Origin: Macrostomum lignano
Lineage: Eukaryota
DNA: 64,000 nt
Assembly (NCBI GenBank): GCA_002269645.1
Contig: NIVC01003590.1
Span: forward strand, 1-64,000
Direction: 5' to 3'
Part shown: positions 11,985 to 22,374 of the stretch, piece by piece
Layout of the letters: each line of letters starts with the position of its first letter
How positions within the stretch are numbered: position 1 is the stretch's first letter
The notes under the pieces: model-generated
Told to the model about the DNA's origin: nothing
Seen by the model: the letters and a program-made list of their open reading frames with translations, nothing else
The model's database searches: none
Position numbers and translations under genes: made by a program

Positions 11985-12365
11985 CCTAATCCCAAATCCT
12001 AAACAACACGTCCTAAATCTCCAGCAGGTCCCGAATCCTAAAAAAGATCCCACATCCTCAAAAAGACCCCAAATCCCAGAGAAGATCCCAAATCCCCAAA
12101 AGATTCAAAATCCCAAATAATATCCCACAGAAAGTTCATACATCCCAAAAAGACCCAAAATCCCAGAAAAGACCCCAAATCCCAAAAAAGATCCCAAATC
12201 CCAGAGAAGCTCCCAAATCCCAAATAAAATCCCACATCCCACAGAAAGTTCATACATCCCAAAAAGACCCCAAATCCCAGAGAAGATACCAAATCCCAAA
12301 AGATCCCAAGTCCCAAAAAGACCCCAAGTCCCAAAGAAGATCACGAATCCCAAGAACAGATCCCG
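11985..12365. repeat. Degenerate CCCAAAT/CCCA-rich repeat
   Basis: Low-complexity recurring words AAATCCC and AAAGACCCC. Confidence 0.8.
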
Positions 12366-12704
12366 CATTATATAGAACACAGATTGCTCAGCACTACTTC
12401 TCTCTGTACTCGACTGCCCTGCAAGCTCATGGGGCTCTCTGCCAGTTTGCTATTCTCTGCTTATTTCCGAGCCTCAGAGGCCGCCCCTCAGCCTTCCGCT
12501 TTCCGCCTGGCCGAAAAAAAACAGCGCCAGCGCCCTGAGTCTTTGATGAAGTTGCCGCCCGCTCGGGTTGCCTGGCTGAAGAGCATTGTCACGCCTTTTA
12601 AAACCGAAACTGGTCTTTTGAGTTTCTGGCTTCTGGATTTCTGTATTTTGCTGCTTCGGTAAAAGGGGATTTCACTTGGTGTTAAACGGGGAATATGCTC
12701 TTCC

Positions 12705-12985
12705 AGAAAGTTACAGACAAATACAGACAATTACAGACAATTACAGAAGGTTACAGACAATTACATATAAGTTACAGAAAGTTACAGACAATTACAGAAA
12801 GTTACAGACAATTACAGAAAGTTACAGACAATTACAGAAAGTTACAGACAATTACAGAAAGTTACAGACAATTACAGAAAGTTACAGACAATTACAGAAA
12901 GTTACAGACAATTACAGAAAGTTACAGACAATTACAGAAAGTTACAGATTATTACAGAAAGTTACAGACAATTACAGAAAGCTAC
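12705..12985. repeat. Minisatellite, 20-bp TTACAGACAATTACAGAAAG (two 10-bp subunits)
   Basis: Tandem copies. Confidence 0.95.
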
Positions 12986-13158
12986 AACTCTTTCGGCATG
13001 AAGACTAAAGCTGCAGTCGTACTTTACGAGTCACAAGCAAGAGATTGAAGCTGCTCTGACTGCAGATTATAGATCTAAGAACCTACTGCAGAACTACAGT
13101 TACTTGAATACTGCAGTTACATGTAAAGACAGTTCAGCCCAGCTTCCAAGCGGCTTCA

Positions 13159-14631
13159 TCAGCCCAGCTGCTCCGCAGTCGGCAACAGCGGCCTGTCCTC
13201 GCCATCGTCTGCATAGCCGGCAGCCTCCGGAGGCCCCTCGTCCTCGTAGACCAGCTGCAGCGAGCGGGCAAGCCGCAGGGCGAACAGCCGCCAGAAGGCG
13301 AGGCTCAGCAGCAGCAGCGCCAGCAGCAGCGAGTGGTAGACGAACAGCAGAGGCGGCTTGCCGGAGCTCGGCTGCAGGATCGGGTTGTCGGGCGGCAGGC
13401 GGTTGCAGATGGCGACAATACAGCGGCTGGCCAAGTTCGCGAGACCCCACACAGTCAGCATGATGCCGAAAATCAGTGGCATTGCGGCGTCCCGCTCGAA
13501 GCTGTCCATCAGCTCGTAGGCGGCCACCATCGTCAGCGCGGCGGCGGTCGCGTCCACCACTGTAGAAGCGGTGTACACCGCGGACACGGCCACCGGATCG
13601 GCCAGCCCAACGCCACTGACTGCCGCCAGCGCCAGCTCCAGGGCCGCCTTCATGACGATGCCCGCCAGGAGCCGCGGCTGCACTGGGAGACGTCTGCGAC
13701 TACGCAGGCAGCAGGCGGCGACCACCAGACCTCCGTTGACGGCCACCAGGCTGACTGCCAGCAGCGCGCCGCCTGAGAGGTCGCTAGGCCGGAAGTCTTC
13801 GCCGCTGGAGTTGGCGATGAGCGGCTGCAGCGCCCGCTGCGCGTTGAAGGCCGAGGACCGGTCATCGCACAGACCCGCCAGGAAGGGGATCAGCGTCCCG
13901 AAGACGATGCAGCTGCGCTTCAGACGGCTCCGAGTCGGCAGCAGGACGTGCCCGCAGTCGCACAGCAGCTTCGGGAACGGCGGCGGCGAAGCCGTGTCGA
14001 GCTGCCCGGAGCTCGGCGCCATCGCGGCTGCTGCGTCAAGCCGCGGCAGCGCTAGGAAGGCGAGAGCGGCAAAGGCGAGGGCGAAGGCCAGCCAGACGAG
14101 GCTGCAGTGCTTGCCAACGCTCGGGTTGGTCAGCAGGTGCTGCACCTGGATGCCCACAAACAGGCCGGCCGCGGAGGACATGTAGACGAGCGCGCAGAGC
14201 ACCGTGCGGCGCTGCGGCCTCGTCCGCTTGCTCAGCACTGCGTACATCACGTTGGGGATCACCAGGCCGTTGTAGACCAGCATGAGGGCGCAGGCGGTCA
14301 GCGCGGCGCCAGAGTCCGGGCGCCACTGGTCGGTGTACACGGCGCCGGCCATGGAGCCAGCCGATGCCAGCAGGACGCAGCCGCCCAGCTGCAGGGTGCG
14401 CACGTGGCCGATCCAGCAGGCCAGCAGGCCGCCCAGCACTGGGAGCAGGTAGCGGCAGGTGTACATCCAGGACAGCGCTGAGGCCGAGTCCGACACGCCC
14501 CCCTCCACTCTGCTCGCGTTGGAGTCCATGGCGGCCAGTCCAATGAATTGGAACTCCATGGCCTTCTGCAGGAGCCGCATCGTCAGCAGCACCGCGACGA
14601 GGCCGACCGTGACAGCGCGGCCCGCATGCAT
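13159..14631 (-). CDS. Divergent MFS transporter, POT/PTR2 (SLC15)-like, single coding exon, 490 aa
   Basis: Multiple hydrophobic helices. YLLPVLGGLLAC-WIGHVRTL resembles PTR2 signature 1; GLVIPNV and VYMSSAAGL align to GGIKPNV and FYxxINxG. GC-rich codon usage. A putative 5' intron (about 14642-15339) is filled with a repeat. Confidence 0.7.
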   Translation of the reverse strand: MHAGRAVTVGLVAVLLTMRLLQKAMEFQFIGLAAMDSNASRVEGGVSDSASALSWMYTCRYLLPVLGGLLACWIGHVRTLQLGGCVLLASAGSMAGAVYTDQWRPDSGAALTACALMLVYNGLVIPNVMYAVLSKRTRPQRRTVLCALVYMSSAAGLFVGIQVQHLLTNPSVGKHCSLVWLAFALAFAALAFLALPRLDAAAAMAPSSGQLDTASPPPFPKLLCDCGHVLLPTRSRLKRSCIVFGTLIPFLAGLCDDRSSAFNAQRALQPLIANSSGEDFRPSDLSGGALLAVSLVAVNGGLVVAACCLRSRRRLPVQPRLLAGIVMKAALELALAAVSGVGLADPVAVSAVYTASTVVDATAAALTMVAAYELMDSFERDAAMPLIFGIMLTVWGLANLASRCIVAICNRLPPDNPILQPSSGKPPLLFVYHSLLLALLLLSLAFWRLFALRLARSLQLVYEDEGPPEAAGYADDGEDRPLLPTAEQLG

Positions 14632-14677
14632 GCCGGGACTGCGGGCTAAGCAGGGATGGCTGAGTGAGCTCTGTGGT

Positions 14678-15332
14678 TTGGCTGGCTCAGTGACGCCTTG
14701 GCTGGCTCAGTGACGCCTTGGCTGGCTCAGTGACGCCTTGGCTGGCTCAGTGACGCCTTGGCTGGCTCAGTGACGCCTTGGCTGGCTCAGTGACGCCTTG
14801 GCTGGCTCAGTGACGCCTTGGCTGGCTCAGTGACGCCTTGGCTGGCTCAGTGACGCCTTGGCTGGCTCAGTGACGCCTTGGCTGGCTCAGTGACGCCTTG
14901 GCTGGCTCAGTGACGCCTTGGCTGGCTCAGTGACGCCTTGGCTGGCTCAGTGACGCCTTGGCTGGCTCAGTGACGCCTTGGTTGCTGGCTCAGTGACGCC
15001 TTGGCTGGCTCAGTGACGCCTTGGCTGGCTCAGTGACGCCTTGGCTGGCTCAGTGACGCCTTGGCTGGCTCAGTGACGCCTTGGCTGGCTCAGTGACGCC
15101 TTGGCTGGCTCAGTGACGCCTTGGTTGCTGGCTCAGTGACGCCTTTTGCTGGCTCAGTGACGCCTTTGGCTGGCTCAGTGACGCCTTTGGCTGGCTCAGT
15201 GACGCCTTTGGCTGGCTCAGTGACGCCTTTGGCTGGCTCAGTGACGCCTTTGGCTGGCTCAGTGACGCCTTTGGCTAGCTCAGTGACGCCTTGGCTGGCT
15301 CAGTGACGCCTTGGCTGGCTCAGTGACGCCTT
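14678..15332. repeat. Minisatellite, 20-bp TTGGCTGGCTCAGTGACGCC, about 32 near-identical copies
   Basis: Tandem copies upstream of the POT-like ATG. Confidence 0.97.
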
Positions 15333-16104
15333 CAGTCACCAGTCTGCAGTCCATGGTCTGCCCCAGCAGAAATCGAGATGGCCAGTCTACTAAATGGACT
15401 CTGAAAAGCTATTTTTGTCCGGCGTTTCTGCGCCTTTGTGCGGAGCCACTGCTTTCGGTTGGGTGGGGGGGGGGTAGCACAGCAGCTGTGCTGCATCGGA
15501 AGAGCCGCCCTCGCAGCAGCGCCAAAGAGAGACGGAGAGCTAGTTGGCTGGGGCGGTTAAGTGTACACTGTAAATCTGCAGTGAAATTGCGCTGCCGTGA
15601 ACGTGAATGCTTGAGAATGGAGAACGGAGGCTGCTGTGCCAGACAGAGGGGCCTTTTGTCGCACACTGCAGGGCTATAAGGCCTGACGTACTTCGTTGCA
15701 AAATCCCGCAAGCGCGCATGGTAAAATACGCGTACAGTTAGAAATATGGATTGAGAACATCAGCTATGCAGCATCTCAGAATCTCAGTGTCAGCCTCCGA
15801 AACGCTGCTATGCAAGCCTGAATATCGGCTCAGGTCAGACAACGAAGGGCTCGAGTCGCGTTCAAATCTTTGCTTTTTCTGGGGGCAGAGGATGGAGGTG
15901 AAATTCTAAAACTGTCCTCCTTTCACATGCCCACCCCAGTGCCAGAATGCTCACCTGAAGGAGGCTCGCAGCCATAGACATTGTTCGCAAAAACGGTGGC
16001 AACATTTAAAGATTTAAGTTTTTTTATCGAGCGAAGAACTGAATAATACTTGATGCAGTGGATTACGTAAACAAATTAGCAAACTGCATGTAGGTTCTGC
16101 AAGC

Positions 16105-16265
16105 ATCTGGGTGACTGGGTGCTTCTGGCAGGATCTGGGAGAATCTGAAATGATCTGGGAGGATCTGGGAGTATCTGACAGGATCTGGGAGCATCTGGGA
16201 GAATCTGGCAGGATCTACGAGAATCTGGGAGTATCTGGGAGCATCTGGCAGGATCTGACAGGATC
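16105..16265. repeat. Degenerate 10-bp (G/A)GATCTGG(G/C)A array
   Basis: Recurring ATCTGG at about 10-bp spacing. Confidence 0.8.
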
Positions 16266-16591
16266 TGTTTATCATCTCGCTGCTCAGGGAGCCACAGCCC
16301 AGGGCTCATTAACTAAACCCGAGAACGCGCTAACTCGCTGCCAAAAGTATTTGTAAAATTTAGTAAAAGTAAAAGACAAAAGTATTTGTTTAAACTTTAA
16401 GCTTGCATTGTCTGTACTTTTCAATTCTATTGATTTGACTAAAATGTGTAAACTGCTGGCTTCCCTGAAACAAACTGCTTATTACTATTATCAAGGCATT
16501 CGGTTCGGGACAAAGACTATATTTGATAAAGTCTTTGTTGCGGCCTTGAGTAGCCAGTGGCATAGCAACTGAGCATCTTCAATGGCATCAT

Positions 16592-17149
16592 TCAGATGTC
16601 GGGCAGAGGCTGGAACTCTGTGCCGCCACCTGCCCGGCAGAGCTGCAGGTGCCACTCCCAGTAGGCCGCGTCCTCCGCGTCCGCCAGCTCCGCCGCCGCT
16701 GCCACTGCCGCCGCCGCCGCTGCCTCAGCCTCGGCGCCTTCGCCGTCAGCAGCAGCCGCGGCCTCAGCGGCCAACAGGCGGCTCCGCAGCTCCTGCAGGC
16801 GGTGCGGCAGAGATGGCGGAAGCTGCGGCAGCCGCGGCTCCCGGCTGCGGGACTTCATCGCGGGTGAGCAGCCGTCATCGTCGGGATCTTCGGCCTCGGG
16901 GAAGTCGATGGACTCGGCGGGGGGCTCCAGGAGCTGCTGAAGCTCGGCGATGTCGCTCGGCTTCCAGACGGTCTGCGTGTCCAGTAGGTCGGCGATGTCG
17001 CTCGGCTTCCAGACGGTCTGCGTGTCCAGCAAGTCGCCGCCGTCTTCGGTGTGGAAGCTCGAGGCGTCGCAGTCGGAATGTTCAGCCTGCACGCCGGGCT
17101 CGCTGCGGCACCGAGGCGCGGTCGGCGCTGCTGAGAATTCGGGGCTCAT
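16592..17149 (-). CDS. Hypothetical acidic protein, 185 aa, with internal 15-aa duplication
   Basis: GC-rich ORF with exon-like codon usage; acceptor-like TTGTTGCAG|CACGATG just before the ATG; no recognisable domain. Confidence 0.6.
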   Translation of the reverse strand: MSPEFSAAPTAPRCRSEPGVQAEHSDCDASSFHTEDGGDLLDTQTVWKPSDIADLLDTQTVWKPSDIAELQQLLEPPAESIDFPEAEDPDDDGCSPAMKSRSREPRLPQLPPSLPHRLQELRSRLLAAEAAAAADGEGAEAEAAAAAAVAAAAELADAEDAAYWEWHLQLCRAGGGTEFQPLPDI

Positions 17150-17493
17150 CGTGCTGCAACAAAATCTGCTGATAGAAGCCGAGAGATGTGCAAGATATCT
17201 GAGCTGGGATCCGCCTGCCGCTGCAGGCTCTGGCCATAGAACTTTTCTGGAGATGTTGAACGCTGCTTTGGGCGCCTTCTACACTTCTGAAGATCAACTG
17301 AGACCAGAGCGCCTCTACTGACAGTAGTCTTAACCGTTTATTAGATGACATCGAGTACTTTTGTATTTGAATAAGCAAATTTATATATACATATTACACT
17401 TAAGCTTCTTTAATATTTTTATTAACCACTGTAGTGAGGGAAATAACGCTTCAAAACTGTAAAGATCTTTTTATAAGAGTCACGATGCTCTGG

Positions 17494-17735
17494 CAAATGA
17501 GAGTCGGGAACAACACAAACTCCAGTCCAAATGAGAGTCGGGAACAACACAAACTCCAGTCCAAATGAGAGTCGGGAACAACACAAACTCCAGTCCAAAT
17601 GAGAGTCGGGAACAACACAAACTCCAGTCCAAATGAGAGTCGGGAACAACACAAACTCCAGTCCAAATGAGAGTCGGGAACAACACAAACTCCAGTCCAA
17701 ATGAGAGTCGGGAACAACACAAACTCCAGTCCAAT
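17494..17735. repeat. Minisatellite, 34-bp CAAATGAGAGTCGGGAACAACACAAACTCCAGTC x7 (EGFR 3'UTR side)
   Basis: Near-identical tandem copies starting 10 bp past the EGFR stop. Confidence 0.97.
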
Positions 17736-17744
17736 CAGAGTCGT

Positions 17745-20700
17745 TCAGCTCTTGGTCGGCGCCAAATAGTCGTCATCGATGTCCACCGGCTGCGGCTGCT
17801 GAGGCACCAGGTACCCAGCGTCGGGCTCGTCATACGCGGCGGTGGCCGGCCGCGCCTCCGGCACCAGATAGTCGCCGGTGCCCGCGGCTTCCGCTGACGT
17901 CGGGCAGCCGTTAGTGGCCGGGCGCGACCGCAGCTGCGGCTCATTCACGTAGGAGTTCGCGCCCGCCCGCTGCCGCTCCGGCGCCGCGTCCGCCATTGGC
18001 GCGTAGCCGCTGTCGTCGGCGACTTCCGCGACGCGACGATGCTCGGCCGGAGGCGGCTGGTGCTGCGCCATGAAGTGGACGAGCTCCGCCTTCTCCATGT
18101 CCACTTCGGTGGCCGCCGCGTTCCTGGTGGCGATGTACTTGGACGGGCAGAGCAGGCAGTCCTTCATGCTGGCCGTCAGGTCGTAGAACTTGGGCCGCGA
18201 ATCGGGGAAGGGCAGCCAGCAGGCCAGCATGATGTTGTAGAAGTCCACACTGCAGATGTCGGGCTGGTTCAGCCGGATGCCCTTCTTCAGCAGGCCGGTG
18301 ATGTCCTCCACCGAGGCGATGCGGTACGGTCTGTAGGGCGACTCGCCGTAGGAACAGATCTCCCACAGCAGCACGCCGTAGCTCCACACGTCTGACTGGT
18401 GGCTGAAGACGCCCGACTCGAAGCACTCGAGGCCGAGCCACTTCACCGGCAGCGCTCCGGAGGTGTACACGAACTCGCGCTCGCTCTCCTGCAGCAGCCG
18501 GGCCAGCCCAAAATCCGTGATCTTCACCTCGTCCGGGGTCTTCAGCAGGACGTTGCGAGCGGCCAGGTCGCGGTGCACAATGCTGATGCTCTCCAGGTAG
18601 GCCATGCCCTCCGCCACCTGCAGCGCCCAGTTCAGCATCCGCTCCGCCCCGATGCCGCCGCGATGGTCGCGCAGGAAGCTGAGCAGGCAGCCGCGCGGCA
18701 TCAGCGCCGTGATGAGCTGCACCTCCGCGGTCATGCACAGCGCCACCAGCCGGACGCAGTGCGGATGCTGCACTCGCGCCAGCACGCTGGCCTCGCTGAG
18801 CAGCTCCTGACCGAGCTTTGGGTTGTTGCCGCGGAGGACCTTGACGGCCACCGGCAGCTCGCGGACACCCTTGACGGTGTCGGTGCGCAGCAGGCCGCGG
18901 TACACGGTGCCGAACGCGCCGCTGCCGATCTCCTTCTGCTTGACAACGTCGTCATTGTTGACGATGAGCAGCCGGACCATGTCGCTCGGGTTGCTGGGGT
19001 CGGCCAGGTACTCGTCCAGCTCCACCATTTCGTACTTGCGGACCTGCCGCCTGTAGTGCCAGCCACCAAGGAGGCCCAGCGCCAGCAGCGCCAGCACCAA
19101 CAGCGCCAGGCCTGCTGCCAGGCCTGCGAAGCGAGCCGCGGCCGCCGCGTAGCACTCGCCGTCGGCGTCAGGCTCCAGCTGGCTGCCGCAGGCGGCCACG
19201 CAGACGCCGTCCTCTCGGTAGTTCCGGCAGGCGATGCACTCGTCGGGGCCGGGGCCGAGGCAGCCGCGGCCGGGCGCGCACTCGCCGTGGCAGGGCAGGC
19301 ACGGTTCGTGCCGGTGCTCGCTCGCGGCCAGCGGGTTCGGGTAGCCGCCAGCAACGAGGCAGTTGTCCTGGCAGACGCCTCGAACGCGGACTCCGGTGCA
19401 GGCGACGCAGCCGACTGGCCCGGGGCCCCAGCACTCGCCGGCAGCGCAGCGGCGGTCGCAGACGGCGCCGGCGCAGTCGGGATCGTCGTCCGGCGCGAAG
19501 GAGACTTCGCCGCGGATTGTGACGGAGTAGCGGCGCCGGGTCTCGTTCTCCTGCAGGAACCCGGCCGGGAACCAGGCGCGGCAGAGACCGCTGACTCGGA
19601 ACAGCACCAGCTTCTTGGCGGTCTCCAGGTTGGACAGGCCGAGGAAGCTGGTCCGCATGTTCATCAAGATGAGGTTGCCCGACACGTGCCGCAGGCTGCT
19701 GAGCACCGACAGGTTGGAGGCCAGCAGCTCGGAGTTGGAGATGCGGAACTGGTCCCCGTACAGGTAGCGGGCGGAAGCCAGGGCGGACAGGGCAGCGGCA
19801 GAAGTGTTGGGCTTCGTTCCGTCCAGGGTGACGGAGCTGCCGAACTTCCACACCGAACAGTTGGAGAAGTCGCTCGCCACGCCGTCGTTGAAGTTGCGCT
19901 CGGCGCTTTCGCAGACGCGACAGTTCTTCTGTTCGCCGAATTCGTCGCCGCAGCGGGCGCAGCGGCCGTCGGCGGGGGTCTGCGAGGCGGGGCAGGCGGC
20001 CAAGCAGAACTGGCGGCTCAGGTCCAGCACGAACTGGGGCGGGCATTTGCTTTTGCACACGTTGCCGACGCGCACCAGGGAGGTGTTGCTGCTCTGCAGC
20101 TTCGAATCGAACGCGTCGAACTTCAGCGAGCCGGGGCAGCTGGCGTGGCAGGAGCCGTTGTAGCTGACGCCCTGACAGGAGTTGCAGTCCCTGCGGCCGC
20201 GGCCGGTGCAGCCGCCGAGGCACTCCGTGTCGCAGCACTCCTCCAGGCCGCTGCGGGTGTCCAGATAGCAGCTGCGGCAGGGCCTGTAGGGGTTGCTGCA
20301 GCGGCTCACCGCCTGGCAGACGCTGGCTGACCAGCACCGGCCTCTGGAACAGTCGGCGCTGCAGCTGCGGGCAGCCTCCGGCGCGGTGCTGCAGGCGTTG
20401 CTGCAGTTGCCGACGGAGACGCTGTTGACGGTGCACTCTGCGACGGTCTCGGTGATGAAGCGCTGCTGCTCCGGCGCCTCGAAGATGGCCGCCCAGTCAA
20501 CGGTGGAGTTCAGGCGGCACAGCAGGCCGGAGTCGACCGTGCCGAAGATGCGGACGTCGTTGCGCAAGATGGCGGTGAGGCTGGGCAGCAGCAGCTCCAT
20601 GGGGTGGACGCACAAGGCCAGCTCCAGGGCGGGCTCCGTCTGGCTGGCGCCGCCGCCGCGGATGACGCGCAGGCTGGCGAGGCGAACCCGGCGAAGGCTG

Positions 20701-21020
20701 ACCTGCTGGATGACCAGCCGGCCGCTGATCTCGACAATGGAGTCCAGGAAGTCCGTCTCCATGTCCCGGATGCTGTCGTCGAGCAGGCGGCCGGTGGCGC
20801 GGTCAACGCCGATCTCCTTCAGCACGAGGTCGCCGTGGATGTACTGGCAGCCGGCCACCATGTCCCGCAGGCTGCTCCTCAGGCCCGGCAGGTCTTCGGG
20901 CCCGGCGTAGTCCAGCTGGGTGAGCTCGAGGCCCTTGCAGATCTTGCTGAAGGCCACCTCAGCGAGGCAGGTCGGGCTGGCGGCGGTCAGCAGCAGCAGC
21001 AGCAGCGGGGGGCGCAGCAT
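17745..21020 (-). CDS. EGFR: EGFR/ErbB-family receptor tyrosine kinase, intronless CDS, 1091 aa
   Basis: Signal peptide, L domain, furin-like Cys-rich region, second L domain, Cys-rich region (CWGPGP), TM helix, kinase with GSGAFGTVY, VAVK, HRDLAARN, VKITDFGLARLL, SDVWSYGV, and a Tyr-rich tail. Confidence 0.95.
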   Translation of the reverse strand: MLRPPLLLLLLTAASPTCLAEVAFSKICKGLELTQLDYAGPEDLPGLRSSLRDMVAGCQYIHGDLVLKEIGVDRATGRLLDDSIRDMETDFLDSIVEISGRLVIQQVSLRRVRLASLRVIRGGGASQTEPALELALCVHPMELLLPSLTAILRNDVRIFGTVDSGLLCRLNSTVDWAAIFEAPEQQRFITETVAECTVNSVSVGNCSNACSTAPEAARSCSADCSRGRCWSASVCQAVSRCSNPYRPCRSCYLDTRSGLEECCDTECLGGCTGRGRRDCNSCQGVSYNGSCHASCPGSLKFDAFDSKLQSSNTSLVRVGNVCKSKCPPQFVLDLSRQFCLAACPASQTPADGRCARCGDEFGEQKNCRVCESAERNFNDGVASDFSNCSVWKFGSSVTLDGTKPNTSAAALSALASARYLYGDQFRISNSELLASNLSVLSSLRHVSGNLILMNMRTSFLGLSNLETAKKLVLFRVSGLCRAWFPAGFLQENETRRRYSVTIRGEVSFAPDDDPDCAGAVCDRRCAAGECWGPGPVGCVACTGVRVRGVCQDNCLVAGGYPNPLAASEHRHEPCLPCHGECAPGRGCLGPGPDECIACRNYREDGVCVAACGSQLEPDADGECYAAAAARFAGLAAGLALLVLALLALGLLGGWHYRRQVRKYEMVELDEYLADPSNPSDMVRLLIVNNDDVVKQKEIGSGAFGTVYRGLLRTDTVKGVRELPVAVKVLRGNNPKLGQELLSEASVLARVQHPHCVRLVALCMTAEVQLITALMPRGCLLSFLRDHRGGIGAERMLNWALQVAEGMAYLESISIVHRDLAARNVLLKTPDEVKITDFGLARLLQESEREFVYTSGALPVKWLGLECFESGVFSHQSDVWSYGVLLWEICSYGESPYRPYRIASVEDITGLLKKGIRLNQPDICSVDFYNIMLACWLPFPDSRPKFYDLTASMKDCLLCPSKYIATRNAAATEVDMEKAELVHFMAQHQPPPAEHRRVAEVADDSGYAPMADAAPERQRAGANSYVNEPQLRSRPATNGCPTSAEAAGTGDYLVPEARPATAAYDEPDAGYLVPQQPQPVDIDDDYLAPTKS

Positions 21021-21228
21021 CGCCGAGACTCAGTTGGAGGGCAGCTCAGTCTGCGTGAGTTGAGTAAGGATTTAGAGCTGTGGGGAGGCCTGAAAACTGA
21101 GCTCAGACTGCGGAAGCTGCCCCTATTGAGGCATCCGGGTTGAGGACAATGCGGCCCAGTGCAGTTCTCCCCTTCTCTTCCCTCCTCCTCTCGCCTGCCT
21201 GCCTCTCATTAGCGAAGCTGCGTGCTCA

Positions 21229-21289
21229 CTGAGGGAATCGATTAGGGAATCGATTAATGTTTAGAAATTTTCTATAATTAGAAACTCAC
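21229..21289 (-). other. Putative 61-nt 5'UTR intron of EGFR
   Basis: Minus strand CAG|GTGAGTTT...CTAAT...TTCCCTCAG|; AT-rich inside a GC-rich context. Confidence 0.5.
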
Positions 21290-22374
21290 CTGACCGAGAG
21301 ACGGGCAGTCCGTTATTCAATGCTTATTCAGCGCCCAAAGCTGATATTCGCTACTTCGCACCGAGAGAAGGCATTTCAACCTTGGCCAGCTATAAATGCT
21401 GGGCAACCCGGCCCCGGTATCCGCCCCCCCCCTGCCTGCCCAATCAGCATCTGCCGGCCCCAGTGATCGATCCGGCCTCCAGAATCGGGATCAGCCGCTG
21501 CTGCCTGCTGCCCATTTTTAGTTTGGGGAGGCCAACAAAAACCGACTTGTTCGCCCTCTCCTGGGGCCTCGGCAATTCTTGTTGCCGCGAGGGAAGCGGG
21601 AATCACGCATTTTACTAGGGGGGCTGTCGCTAGTAGGGGGAGATGTGGGCGGGGAGGGGGGCAGATGAGGCCCAGCGGATGCTGCGTGTCGGACTGGCCA
21701 ACGAAGCGCGCGCAGTTTTTTTTGGAAAAAAACCGGAACTGGAGAGGAAGAGGCAGCTGGGGGGGGTGGGGGGGGGGCGAGCTCCGCCCTCGGGTTCAAC
21801 CCCCCCCCTCCTAACAGTCGGGTGCGTGCGGCGGCTTCTGCTCCTAGAAGAGCCGCGAACCCGCTCCCTCCCCAAGCCGGAACCCGAGGAACACGAAACA
21901 GATTTGCCTCTCAGTTGCTTATCTGCATCAAGCTGCAGAGGTTGTAAAATTGATGCTGTTGCCAAGGCCTCTCTTGCCCTTCTAGGCGAGCCTTGCCAAA
22001 TTTAGCAATTAATTAATTATTAGAATCCATTTATGGGATGAATTATTGTTTGCGCAGCGGGGGCGGTGAGCAGCCAGGCGGCTGGCAGGTAGGCTTTTAT
22101 CGACATCACTTGGATCCTGGGGCTGGTTGGGAAAAGCAATTATTAAATTGGAGCTCAGGTTTTTATTGCAGGAAATCCCCGTCTGGACGCGACCACCCAC
22201 TGCGAGGCTCGGTGATGCCTTTCACCTTCATCTCCGTTGCCAATTGAGCAGAATTTGTGCTGGTTGAACTCGCGGAAAATTCGCCCTATACTGAATAAAG
22301 GAATAAAGTGGATTGCTAATCTAGCCTATCATGGGTGCAGGAATAGAATGGATTGCTAATCTAGCCTATCATGT

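Noticed and set aside
18399-20330. 643-aa ORF antisense to EGFR (also 43263-44426 antisense to the lectin gene)
   Set aside because: Shadow ORFs caused by high GC3 codon usage on the coding strand.
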